Part shown: positions 50,369 through 59,131 of the stretch, one piece after another
How positions within the stretch are numbered: position 1 is the first letter of the stretch
Layout of the letters: each line of letters starts with the position of its first letter
Source of the DNA: Candidatus Aenigmatarchaeota archaeon
GTDB lineage: Archaea > Aenigmatarchaeota > Aenigmatarchaeia > PWEA01 > JACQIF01
Assembly: GCA_016432325.1 (NCBI GenBank)
Contig: CP066684.1
Span: 608,001-672,000, forward strand
DNA length: 64,000 nt
Reading direction: 5' to 3'
Notes under the pieces: model-generated
What the model saw: only the letters and a program-made list of their open reading frames with translations
Database searches by the model: none
What the model was told of the DNA's origin: nothing
Position numbers and translations under genes: made by a program

Positions 50369-51379
50369 GTGGGGCTCATGAAAGGCACTTTGGACGAACT
50401 GTTCCTGAAAATCCAAGAGGGAAGCAAGCTGTCGCACGATGAGGTGGAGAAGCTTGTCAGGGAAAAGGGTGATGAGTTCTCTGGATTGATATCCCCGGAA
50501 GGCGCGGCGCACATAGTCGCCAAAGAACTGGGCGTCAATCTTCTGGAACGCATGAACCGCCACGTCAAGATCGCCAACGTTGTTCCGGGCCTGTTGTCGG
50601 TGAACCTGACCGCGAAGGTCGTTCGCGTCACCGAACCGCGAACGTTCAAGAAGGAGGGCGGGGAGGGCAAGGTCGTAAACGTCCATCTCGCGGACGAAAC
50701 TGGAACTATGCGCATGTCTCTATGGGACGACCAGGTCGCGCTCGTGCAGGAAGGCAACCTCAAGGAGGGCATGACCATAGACGTCGTCAACGGCTACACG
50801 AAGGAAGACACCCGCGGAGGCGCGGAGCTTCGCGTCGGCAAGAAAGGGATGATAAAGAAGAGCGACGTCACGCTTGACGTGAGCATCGAGGCAGTGCGCT
50901 CGCGCAACGCCGTGCGCAAGCCCCTCGTAGAAGCGAAGGTCGGCGAGTCCGTAGAGTTCCGCGGGGCGCTCGTGCAGTTCTTTGAGAACCGTCCTTTCTA
51001 CTTCGTCTGCCCGCAATGTGAGAAGAAAGTTCCCGAATCTGTATGTACGGAACACGGTTCGGTCGTTCCGAAACCGATATTGATGGTTTCAGGCGTTCTC
51101 GACGACGGGACAGGCAACATGCGCGCGGTCTTCTTCCGCGAAGCGGCGGAACGCGTGCTCGGCCTGAGCACCGACGAGGCGTTCAAAAAGAGCGGCAACG
51201 GGATTAACCCGCGCGTCATCGTCGACAAACTACAGGAGGCTCTGGGCAAGGAGATCGTTATACGCGGCTACGTGAAGGAGAACAGCTTCTTCGAGCGCCC
51301 TGAAGTAATCGTGAACGAAGTCGTTGAATTCAATCCTCTGGAAGAGGCCAGAAAGCTCGCGTCTGGACTGAACGCTTAA
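50369..51379 (+). CDS. rpa: Replication protein A (OB folds plus zinc finger)
   Basis: LADETG, CPQC..K...C..H and LDDGTG motifs. Confidence 0.92.
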   Translation: MGLMKGTLDELFLKIQEGSKLSHDEVEKLVREKGDEFSGLISPEGAAHIVAKELGVNLLERMNRHVKIANVVPGLLSVNLTAKVVRVTEPRTFKKEGGEGKVVNVHLADETGTMRMSLWDDQVALVQEGNLKEGMTIDVVNGYTKEDTRGGAELRVGKKGMIKKSDVTLDVSIEAVRSRNAVRKPLVEAKVGESVEFRGALVQFFENRPFYFVCPQCEKKVPESVCTEHGSVVPKPILMVSGVLDDGTGNMRAVFFREAAERVLGLSTDEAFKKSGNGINPRVIVDKLQEALGKEIVIRGYVKENSFFERPEVIVNEVVEFNPLEEARKLASGLNA

Positions 51380-51397
51380 CGCGCACGGCGCGATACC

Positions 51398-51516
51398 TAG
51401 CGGAATAATGAAACAGCGGCTTCAACAGCCGTTATTTCATAATGGCATAGCGGCAACCCATAACTGCGGTTCCAGTAGCCGCCCTTGTAACGGAATAGCG
51501 GCATGGTGCTATGGAA
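51398..51516. promoter_or_regulatory. Array of TARCGG(A/C)A-like sites upstream of radA
   Basis: Copies at 51398, 51414, 51440, 51448, 51488 and 51496; an inverted copy at 51429. Confidence 0.5.
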
Positions 51517-51561
51517 AGCGTTGACTAGGCATTTCCGCAAGTTAGCAGAGAGGCGAAATGG

Positions 51562-52656
51562 ATGGTAAAAAAGAAACAGTCTGATATTGAATCTGTCGGA
51601 GCGGCTCTCGAGATGCCGACACAGGACCCGAAAGCGGGACTGGAAGTACAAATAGCAGAAAAACCAATGGAAAGCGTGGATGACATTGAGGTTGAAGTTT
51701 CTTCGAAGAAACGGATAACAGACATAGCAGACCTTCCCGGCGTGGGGGATAAGACAGCCGCGAAGCTGCGCGAGCAAGGCTACGAGGACATGATGTCGCT
51801 CGCGGCGGCGTCCGCAGCGGAGCTTGGCGAGAAGGCGGATGTAGGCGAAGCGACAGCCTCAAAGATCATACAGGCCGCGCGCGACGCGCTTGACATGGGC
51901 TTTGAAACGGCGCACGATTTTGCCAAGAAGCGCGCCTTGATAGGCAAGATTGGAACCGGTTCTAACTCTCTGAACACGTTGATAGGAGGCGGCGTCGAGA
52001 CCCAAGCCATAACGGAAGCGCACGGCGCATTTGGTTCCTCAAAATCGCAGCTCGGCTTCCAGCTCTGCGTCAACGTGCAGCTGCCACAGGAACGCGGAGG
52101 TCTGGGCAAGAACGCCGTGCTGATTGACACGGAGGGAACGTTCCGCCCAGAACGCATCAAGCAGATGGCCGAAGCGCTGGGGATGGATCCCGAGGTTGCT
52201 CTGAAGAACGTTTTTGTCGCGAGAGCGTACAACAGCGACCACCAGATTCTTCTCGTTGAGAAGCTTGGCGACATGATAAAGAAGCACAACATCGGTCTGG
52301 TCGTTATAGACTCCGTGACGTCTCATTTCCGTTCCGATTACACGGGACGCGGAACGCTGGCGAATCGACAGCAGAAGCTCAACAAGCATTTGCACGCGCT
52401 GCAGAGGCTCGCTGACGTTCACAACGTCGCCATCTACATGACCAACCAAGTGATGTCGCGCCCGGACGTGCTGTTCGGCGATCCGACAGCGCCGGTAGGC
52501 GGTCACGTTCTGGGACACTTGGCGACATACCGCCTGTATTTCAGGCACAGTAAAGGCGAGAAGCGCGTGGCGAAACTTATAGACTCTCCTTACCTGCCGG
52601 AGGGCGAAGCCGTCTTCATGGTAAAGCCGGAGGGCATACGGGACTCTGAAGAATGA
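51562..52656 (+). CDS. radA: DNA repair and recombination protein RadA
   Basis: DLPGVG HhH, GGGVETQ, IDTEGTFRPER and RQQKLN motifs. Confidence 0.97.
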   Translation: MVKKKQSDIESVGAALEMPTQDPKAGLEVQIAEKPMESVDDIEVEVSSKKRITDIADLPGVGDKTAAKLREQGYEDMMSLAAASAAELGEKADVGEATASKIIQAARDALDMGFETAHDFAKKRALIGKIGTGSNSLNTLIGGGVETQAITEAHGAFGSSKSQLGFQLCVNVQLPQERGGLGKNAVLIDTEGTFRPERIKQMAEALGMDPEVALKNVFVARAYNSDHQILLVEKLGDMIKKHNIGLVVIDSVTSHFRSDYTGRGTLANRQQKLNKHLHALQRLADVHNVAIYMTNQVMSRPDVLFGDPTAPVGGHVLGHLATYRLYFRHSKGEKRVAKLIDSPYLPEGEAVFMVKPEGIRDSEE

Positions 52657-52665
52657 GGCGGCTTC

Positions 52666-52842
52666 ATGGACGCGAAGACAAGGACCACGTTCCTTTCCCT
52701 TTCCATGTTCCTCGGCTTCCTGCTCCTCGTACTGGGAGCGACATCGTACTCGACCGCCTGCACCGGAGGATATGCTTGTACGCCGGTCCTGATGCTCGTC
52801 GTCGGCCTCGTTCTTCTCTACGTGTCAATAAGCCTGAAATAG
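52666..52842 (+). CDS. Small 2-TM protein, absent from the ORF track
   Basis: 58 aa, MDAKTRTTFLSLSMFLG... Confidence 0.55.
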   Translation: MDAKTRTTFLSLSMFLGFLLLVLGATSYSTACTGGYACTPVLMLVVGLVLLYVSISLK

Positions 52843-53112
52843 GTGAGGACTGTGGACAGGCTGCAGGTCAAAAAGAACGTCCTCGACATCCGGGAAAGAA
52901 CCCACAGGCTCTATTTCACGACGCAGGCGCTGGCCTCGATAATAATGCTGTCTGTTATAGTTACGCTGTTGCTTACGGTCTCGCCGACGAGCCAATACTA
53001 CGTTCTCCTTCAGGTTTCCGTAGTCCCGTCAGCGATTCTGCTTTACAACTCGTTTGAACACAAGAAGATGGCAGACGAAACAATCGAGAAGATAGAGGGG
53101 CTCGTCGAATAA
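52843..53112 (+). CDS. Small 2-TM protein
   Basis: KNVLD motif followed by two hydrophobic helices. Confidence 0.6.
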   Translation: MRTVDRLQVKKNVLDIRERTHRLYFTTQALASIIMLSVIVTLLLTVSPTSQYYVLLQVSVVPSAILLYNSFEHKKMADETIEKIEGLVE

Positions 53113-53118
53113 GCCGTG

Positions 53119-53382
53119 TTAGAGAAATCTTGTCGTGAGAAGCCCGGCGTGCATCGGATCGGCCTTTAGTTTCGTTGTTTTGAAGTTTTCAGGAGCTATC
53201 GGAGGGCCTCGTTTGAAGCCGTCATAAGATGTGAGAGCTCCCATGTCGTCCATGAACATTGCTCTGGGCGCGCCGTCTTCGGGAAACGCGTCCTTTTTTA
53301 CGGCCACGGAGTATTTGCCGTTTCTATCGAGTCCGATGTAGACTATTTCGTTCTCTCTTTCTTCAGACTTCTCGAGGTGCAT
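53119..53382 (-). CDS. Hypothetical protein
   Basis: 87-aa ORF. Confidence 0.55.
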   Translation of the reverse strand: MHLEKSEERENEIVYIGLDRNGKYSVAVKKDAFPEDGAPRAMFMDDMGALTSYDGFKRGPPIAPENFKTTKLKADPMHAGLLTTRFL

Positions 53383-53414
53383 ATGAGTTCCCGTTTGCTC
53401 TCGCGTGTCCCTTT

Positions 53415-53684
53415 CTAGATGATGTCTTTCTCGGCGACTATGATGAAGTCACCGACGCTCTTCACGGCAGAGAACGGCACCAGGAATCTTCCGCGCTCGT
53501 CGGACTGCAGATTCGTGTCCACGGCGTGCTTGGTCGGCTCCCTGAGCACCAGGTTCATGAGTTCTCCGCTCTCTGTTATGAACGAGATGTCTTCAACCAT
53601 GCCGAACTTGCGTCCTGCCTCTTCGCCGACCACGGTCTTTCCCATCAGGTCGCGTCCTCTCACGTCTTCAGCTCGCAAAACCAT
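53415..53684 (-). CDS. PRC-barrel protein (CdpB-like)
   Basis: LMGKTVV...G.VEDI...VPFSAVKSVGDFIIV pattern. Confidence 0.88.
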   Translation of the reverse strand: MVLRAEDVRGRDLMGKTVVGEEAGRKFGMVEDISFITESGELMNLVLREPTKHAVDTNLQSDERGRFLVPFSAVKSVGDFIIVAEKDII

Positions 53685-53774
53685 TTTTAAATCACCCTTT
53701 GTCGTACGCTCGTGCTTCTGCTATGCATTATTCTCGTATATAACCTTTCCCCTCACACGGCGGCAGCCTTGGCC

Positions 53775-54260
53775 CTACGACCGGGATACGCTTGACTTAA
53801 TCCCCAACACCTCGGCTAGGGTGGGATGGGAATAATATGCAATAACGTCGAAAGACGAATCGACCAACTCGAGCATTTCCATGTTCCTGCGTTTGATGAG
53901 AGCAAAACCCGGCTTGCCCAAGCATGTCTTCTTAAATGCTTGGTAATTCGAAACTGTGAAATCCGCATCTCCTCGCTCGGGCCGTTTCGTATCTGGGCGC
54001 CGGATTTTCAATAAACCAAGGTCGCCTGCGTCCGTGGAGAGCGGGACGATTTGGAAGACTGGGCCCGTTGATGTGTCGTCGACGACAGGACCCATCTGGC
54101 GAGCCAGATTGAGCATATCCTCATATTCGGATTGGCTCTGAGTGAAGATGCACGCATAATTGACAGGTGCGTCGCGTTCGCTCGTGTGTTTTGCACTCAA
54201 CAGGCATGCCTGAGCAACGATTTCTTGTATCAACTTCTTCATATCTACTATGTCCATCAT
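53775..54260 (-). CDS. Hypothetical protein (possibly VOC/glyoxalase-like)
   Basis: 161-aa ORF with NYACIF and LLKIRRPD..RPERGDADF. Confidence 0.65.
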   Translation of the reverse strand: MMDIVDMKKLIQEIVAQACLLSAKHTSERDAPVNYACIFTQSQSEYEDMLNLARQMGPVVDDTSTGPVFQIVPLSTDAGDLGLLKIRRPDTKRPERGDADFTVSNYQAFKKTCLGKPGFALIKRRNMEMLELVDSSFDVIAYYSHPTLAEVLGIKSSVSRS

Positions 54261-54297
54261 GCCTCTCCTCCTTACGCTCCGCGTTCAATCTGTACAA

Positions 54298-55011
54298 TCA
54301 TATCGTCAGCAACTGCTCAATGTAGAGGTCGACTCCCCAGTTCATCAGCACGACCGCCAGCAGGCCGGCGAACAGTGTGGCCGCGACGTTGACTTCTGTC
54401 TTGCCCACGAGCCCGCGGCGCTCTATGGTCGCTCCGAGCACCGAATCGAACTGGCTTCCTAGGAAACCGCATAAGAGGATTGTGAGTATTGTTCCGGCGG
54501 ACGAAATTCCTATCAACGGCGAGAGCGCCGCGACGCCCGCCGCGGCCAATAATGAGACGAGTTCTCCGAGAAGAGACACTCCTCCATCGGTTCCCGGAGG
54601 CACCTTCCGCAGCGTAGTGATAAGTCTCACATTCTTGTCCAGAACGCCTATTTCGCTGGCCAGATTGTCCGCAACCGCAGCGGCCACAGCAGCCAGGAAC
54701 CCGACAGGCGAATCGAAGACCACGAAGAGGAGAGGCGCGTATGCCGAACCCATCACGTTTTCTATCGAGCGCTTGCCCTTCCGCGCTTCTGCCGTGCCGG
54801 CCTTTTCCTTGTGACCGTACTTCCAGCGCGTGGCCGCGGCGCTGATGAAGAAGAACGCGAGCAGCACGAGCAGCCACTTGAAGCCGCGGAACTGCCATAT
54901 CAGGACGGCTATGAGAAACGCGCCGGCCGCCCCGTGCGGGGTCAGGAGCCTGAGTTTCCATATGGTTATGGCCAACGCCGCGCACGCGGCCACAATATAT
55001 GCAATCTCCAT
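54298..55011 (-). CDS. DUF92/TMEM19 membrane protein
   Basis: ADNLASEIG, VPPGTDGGVS and DSVLGAT motifs. Confidence 0.92.
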   Translation of the reverse strand: MEIAYIVAACAALAITIWKLRLLTPHGAAGAFLIAVLIWQFRGFKWLLVLLAFFFISAAATRWKYGHKEKAGTAEARKGKRSIENVMGSAYAPLLFVVFDSPVGFLAAVAAAVADNLASEIGVLDKNVRLITTLRKVPPGTDGGVSLLGELVSLLAAAGVAALSPLIGISSAGTILTILLCGFLGSQFDSVLGATIERRGLVGKTEVNVAATLFAGLLAVVLMNWGVDLYIEQLLTI

Positions 55012-55015
55012 ACCA

Positions 55016-55561
55016 TCACATTAAGAGTTTCCTTATGAATTTCCCGAACTCCCTGCGAAACGTAGCCTCGTCCATGCCCTCGGTGTCGAACGCATGGTCC
55101 GCCTTCGATATCAGCCGGCCGAGTCCCCGAGCGTTTTCCACCTCATCGCGGGATAATAAATAGGCCTTATCCTCCTCTTCGAACCTCTTCCTCAGCAGGC
55201 AGCGCCTGAGCCTCTCGCCGAACGGAGCCTCGACGGAGATTACCACCGGCTTTACCCCGGCCAGCTCTTCGAGAATCTTCAGCTGGACGACGTCGCGCAA
55301 GCCGTCTATCGCAACAAAGTCCGTTTTCGGATTGCTTTTCAAGCGCGCCAGAACGCGTTGAACAAGCACGCGCTCGCGCCCCTTTTCATGGAACCATCCA
55401 GCGACGTCGCGGTCTGTTTCTTCTGTGTATGGCAAGCCGCGCTTCTCTATCTCTTCGCGGACGACGTCTCCGGAAGACACTGGGTCCGCGCCTAGTTCCT
55501 TACAGACGTCCAGCGCGGTCGTCTTCCCAGAGCACGGCATTCCGACAATTACGACCAGCAT
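55016..55561 (-). CDS. P-loop nucleotide kinase (archaeal dephospho-CoA kinase-like)
   Basis: GMPCSGKT, GDVVRE and IDGLR motifs. Confidence 0.85.
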   Translation of the reverse strand: MLVVIVGMPCSGKTTALDVCKELGADPVSSGDVVREEIEKRGLPYTEETDRDVAGWFHEKGRERVLVQRVLARLKSNPKTDFVAIDGLRDVVQLKILEELAGVKPVVISVEAPFGERLRRCLLRKRFEEEDKAYLLSRDEVENARGLGRLISKADHAFDTEGMDEATFRREFGKFIRKLLM

Positions 55562-55605
55562 CCAATCCCTTGCGTTTATTAGGAAAGCCTCATTTAAAAC
55601 TGGTT

Positions 55606-56046
55606 ATGCGCGGTGTCGAGCCTTATATGATAATCGCTGTGGCTTTGCTGGCGGCGCTCGCTTCGACGGGATCGCCGCTTGCTACATACGAAGGGATAGT
55701 TGACTATACGGGTATTCCTAAGACAGAACTAATACCGATACACGGATACGAGTACTATCTCGCTACAGACCAAAATGTGAGATTAAGACTCTGGGAAGAA
55801 GGCGTTCCGGAAGCCGATTACAAGATTCTCTCTCCGGCGCTTGAAGGCGCGACAGTGCGTGCGACAGGACGTCTTATCGACGACTACATGGCGTACAAAA
55901 TGAGCAAAGGCGGTCCCATCACGTCCGCAGATCCTGAAGGGACGGTTCTTCTGGTCAGCAGGATTGAGGTTCTCGAAGCGCCGCCTCGCGCGCAGGAGAA
56001 GCCGATAGTGTCCAGCGCGGCGGTTCTTGTCCTGCGCGTGGTGTGA
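55606..56046 (+). CDS. Secreted or membrane-anchored hypothetical protein
   Basis: N-terminal signal-like helix and hydrophobic C-terminus. Confidence 0.6.
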   Translation: MRGVEPYMIIAVALLAALASTGSPLATYEGIVDYTGIPKTELIPIHGYEYYLATDQNVRLRLWEEGVPEADYKILSPALEGATVRATGRLIDDYMAYKMSKGGPITSADPEGTVLLVSRIEVLEAPPRAQEKPIVSSAAVLVLRVV

Positions 56047-56152
56047 AGGGTTTGTGAACGCGGCGTGAATGGGCATACGCTGTCATATCGGCGTCCCGTG
56101 ACCATTTATTGGCAGGCAATGAATTTCCCGCCCTGTACGGAAAAGCGTTGCC

Positions 56153-56247
56153 GACATTTTCGGACGGAGTCCGAAAAGTTCGGCCCGAAGGCCGAACATG
56201 TTCGAACGCACGGCGTTCGAACTTTCCGAACAGCGTTCGGAAATGTC
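56153..56247. repeat. Four-hairpin palindromic element between convergent genes
   Basis: GACATTT/AAATGTC enclosing TTTTCGGAC/GTCCGAAAA, GTTCGGC/GCCGAAC, GTTCGAACGC/GCGTTCGAAC and TTTCCGAAC/GTTCGGAAA. Confidence 0.88.
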
Positions 56248-56297
56248 GCGACCTTGTCGCGTACCTTGCGGGCAGGAAACTCTCACATTTCGCATCC

Positions 56298-57398
56298 CTA
56301 TCCTTGTATCAACGAGTTCTTGACGCTGGGCACCAGAGCATAGACGTAGCCCTTGCCTCTCGCGCTTCTTTCCACATACCCTTCCTCGGCAAGCCTCTGG
56401 AGTATGTTGTTCAGAGAGCGCACGGCGTGCTGTTTCGACTTATACTTTTCCAGGCCGAGCCTCTCCGCAATCTCCGATGGATACATGTTGTCCTCTTGGG
56501 CGAGCAACGCGACGACCTTCTTCTGCTTGTACGGCAGGTCTCTCAAGAAGTCCTTTGACTGGACCGGCTGTGCGTCAACTCTCACATTCTGCGTGCCGCT
56601 CGGCCGTGCGGACGCGCCAAGCCCGTCTATCTTATGGCTCTTCTGTTCTATCGCGTTTTGCACCAGCGAATCGCACAGCTTAAGAACTTCTCTTGGGAAG
56701 CCTCCCGAGCGCTGGTAGACCCCTCTCACAGCCTCGTCAGTAAACGGTTTACTGCCCGACCCTCCCACGCTTTCTATTCGACGCACAATAAGCTCCTGAA
56801 CCTCTGTCTCACTAAGTGCGACAAGATCTACCTTGGTAGTGACACGGCTTCTGAATGTCTCCAAGTTGCGTCGCAGTATCTCCTCCAGTGTTGGTAGCCC
56901 GGCCAGAACTAGCTGAACGCTGTCGCACTGATCTGTCACAGTCCTGAGCCATTCCATGTCACTCACATCGGCTTCGTGGCCCTCGTCGACTAGGAGAAGA
57001 ACCTTGCGCTTCGCACGGGCGTTGACGTGGCCAGCGAGCGTGTGAATATTCACGTGTTTGCCCAGAAGACGGTGAAGGAAGGATTGCGGGTACTGATCAA
57101 GGAAGAGCTCTACCAGTTCTTCGGGTTTGGGCGGTTTTGGAGCGTATATGACGTCGCGCTCCTTGGAGAATTCGTTTCTGAAGAGCTGCAAAAGCGTTGT
57201 TTTGCCAGAGCCTGTGGCGCCTATGACCAAAGCGAACTTATGGCCTTCTTGGACGTGGTTTACGAGGTGCTTCAATTGGTCGTGATAGCCAACGAAAGCG
57301 GCTGGCATGATTCTGAGAGTGAACGGATTCTCCTTCCAGCCTTGCTTTTGCAGCCACTCGGCCGCCGGTCGCTCGAATTCCTCTAACATGGTGGTCAC
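56298..57398 (-). CDS. AAA+ ATPase (ExeA/AAA_22-like) with a C-terminal winged HTH
   Basis: WKENPF, Walker A GATGSGKT, Walker B LLLVDE, SGGFPR; wHTH segment PSEIAERLG...LQRLAEEGYV. Confidence 0.88.
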   Translation of the reverse strand: MTTMLEEFERPAAEWLQKQGWKENPFTLRIMPAAFVGYHDQLKHLVNHVQEGHKFALVIGATGSGKTTLLQLFRNEFSKERDVIYAPKPPKPEELVELFLDQYPQSFLHRLLGKHVNIHTLAGHVNARAKRKVLLLVDEGHEADVSDMEWLRTVTDQCDSVQLVLAGLPTLEEILRRNLETFRSRVTTKVDLVALSETEVQELIVRRIESVGGSGSKPFTDEAVRGVYQRSGGFPREVLKLCDSLVQNAIEQKSHKIDGLGASARPSGTQNVRVDAQPVQSKDFLRDLPYKQKKVVALLAQEDNMYPSEIAERLGLEKYKSKQHAVRSLNNILQRLAEEGYVERSARGKGYVYALVPSVKNSLIQG

Positions 57399-57532
57399 GT
57401 GAAGGTGTACGAGAAGGCTGGGCCTTCTCGGGATGCCGTGAATGGGTATTCACGTGCATTGCGTGTAGTGAACGTGAATACTTTGTGAATGTTCTTGTAC
57501 TTAAAGCTTAATTGCGTGAAGGCGCCGAGGTC

Positions 57533-57624
57533 TTCACGTGATTGCACGCGATATTCACATACTCTTCACGTCATATTCACGTTTCGTTCACATACGCATC
57601 ACAAAACCTTCACCGAGCCTTCAC
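57533..57624. repeat. Helically phased TTCAC array with an 11-bp period
   Basis: TTCAC-like pentamers at 57543, 57554, 57565, 57576, 57587, 57598, 57609 and 57620, plus 57533. Confidence 0.9.
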
Positions 57625-57795
57625 CGTTACAGGAAACGGAAGGGTGTTCGATTTGGTACGGTTTTATAGTTTGAAAGGCTATCGGCGCGGATATCGCCTA
57701 AGAGCGTATGGTAACGGTCTGATATTGCAACACCGTTTCGTAGTCCTTTGATGGGCAATTTTGACTGGCAGACGCGAAGGAGAGAACCGCCAAGA

Positions 57796-58128
57796 ATGTG
57801 AGATTGTGCCATAACGAATTGATGTGTAGATCCGTACTCTCACAGAAGTGAGACTTTGTAAGGAGGAACGCATGCTCACACGTATACATCGAAACGATGT
57901 GTTAAAGTGTTCCAAACGCGATTTTCAGGCGAAGTCACACAAATGTGAGAGTTTACTGCGCTTAGAGCGCGGTAAATTCATTGAATGAGATTAAAAAGGC
58001 CGGTTCGAGAGGCACGGAACAGCGACCTTGAAGCGGAAAATGAGAGTTCCTGGCTATGTGAGAGTCTAGCAAGCCCGCAGAAATGAAAGTTTGTTTAGTG
58101 CGTGAGGGTTTCAACAGATGTGAGAGTT
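57796..58128. repeat. Cluster of ATGTGAGAGTT-like sites
   Basis: Exact copies at 57943 and 58118; near matches at 57796, 57836 (inverted), 58040, 58056 and 58101. Confidence 0.8.
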
Positions 58129-58436
58129 TAATCGAACTGGGAGGCCACAACATCGCCTTCCTTCAGCAGTTTGTCCAGAGCAACACCCTCCAAAAGCCTC
58201 TTGCGAACTCCGGCCTTCAAACGGACCACCCTAACGCCAAAGAAATGGCCCTTCTCGTTCTTGGCGCCTACGTTTTCCACAAAAGGCGCCAAAAAGCCCT
58301 CCACGTATCTATGGAGCGTAGCCAAGGGGATTTGGGCCTCTCCAGCCAATCTGCGAAGCCAGAGTCCCTCTGGGTACTCTAAAAGGACGGCTACAGCACG
58401 CTTTATCTTGCCCGAATCGTATTTCTTTTGCCCCAT
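58128..58436 (-). CDS. Small HTH/wHTH protein
   Basis: YPEGLWLRRLAGEAQIPLATLHRYV. Confidence 0.75.
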   Translation of the reverse strand: MGQKKYDSGKIKRAVAVLLEYPEGLWLRRLAGEAQIPLATLHRYVEGFLAPFVENVGAKNEKGHFFGVRVVRLKAGVRKRLLEGVALDKLLKEGDVVASQFD

Positions 58437-58576
58437 TTTCTCACCGGAATTTGCGCGGAACGCTGTTCCATCCTTATGCACATAGGTAGGATTTAAACCT
58501 TTCTGTTCGCCGCCGGTGGGGTTTACCACCGTCGGTGGTAAGGAAGCTTTATTTCCAAGTGCGCGGATCTATACTC

Positions 58577-59131
58577 ATGCGTTTGTTCATCGGTCTCCCA
58601 TTCGAGAATTCATCGAGGCCAGCGATAGCCAGGCTCCAGCTCGAGGCCCAACACTGCATTAAAATGACGCCTGTCGCTCCAGGAAACCTTCATATGACTG
58701 TCAAGTTCATTGGAGACGCAGAGAGTGACAAAAAAGGAGATATTATAAGGGTTTTGGAGGGCCTGAAAAGCTCTTTAAAACCGTTTTCCATAGACCTTCG
58801 TGGCGTTGGGGTCCTTCCTTCTCCTCAAAAGCCAAACGTTCTGTTGATTAGAATGGCAGACGATAGTGCGATGACCGAACTCATGAAAACCGTCGCCGTC
58901 GCACTAGAAAAGGCCGGTTTCCTTAGAGAGACAAATGAGATAAAACCGCATCTTACCATAGGCCGCATCAAGTTCGTGAGTGACAAACGCGCGTTCCAAG
59001 GCTTCCTTCTGAAGCATTCTAAAGACTCTTTTGGCGAGATGCGCGTGAATACCCTAGTGCTATATGAGAGCATTTTACAGAGCGAGGGGCCTGTTTACAA
59101 GAAGCACTACGAAATGAGGTTTGGAGAGTGA
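58577..59131 (+). CDS. thpR: RNA 2',3'-cyclic phosphodiesterase (2H family)
   Basis: MRLFIG, HMTVKF and PHLTIGR motifs. Confidence 0.92.
   Translation: MRLFIGLPFENSSRPAIARLQLEAQHCIKMTPVAPGNLHMTVKFIGDAESDKKGDIIRVLEGLKSSLKPFSIDLRGVGVLPSPQKPNVLLIRMADDSAMTELMKTVAVALEKAGFLRETNEIKPHLTIGRIKFVSDKRAFQGFLLKHSKDSFGEMRVNTLVLYESILQSEGPVYKKHYEMRFGE

Noticed and set aside
56298-57398. Tn7 TnsC or type II secretion ExeA function
   Set aside because: No transposase, TniQ or secretion genes are nearby.
57533-57624. CRISPR array or ordinary tandem repeat
   Set aside because: The conserved unit is only 5 nt with 6-nt variable spacers; there are no 25-40-nt repeats and no cas genes in the window.
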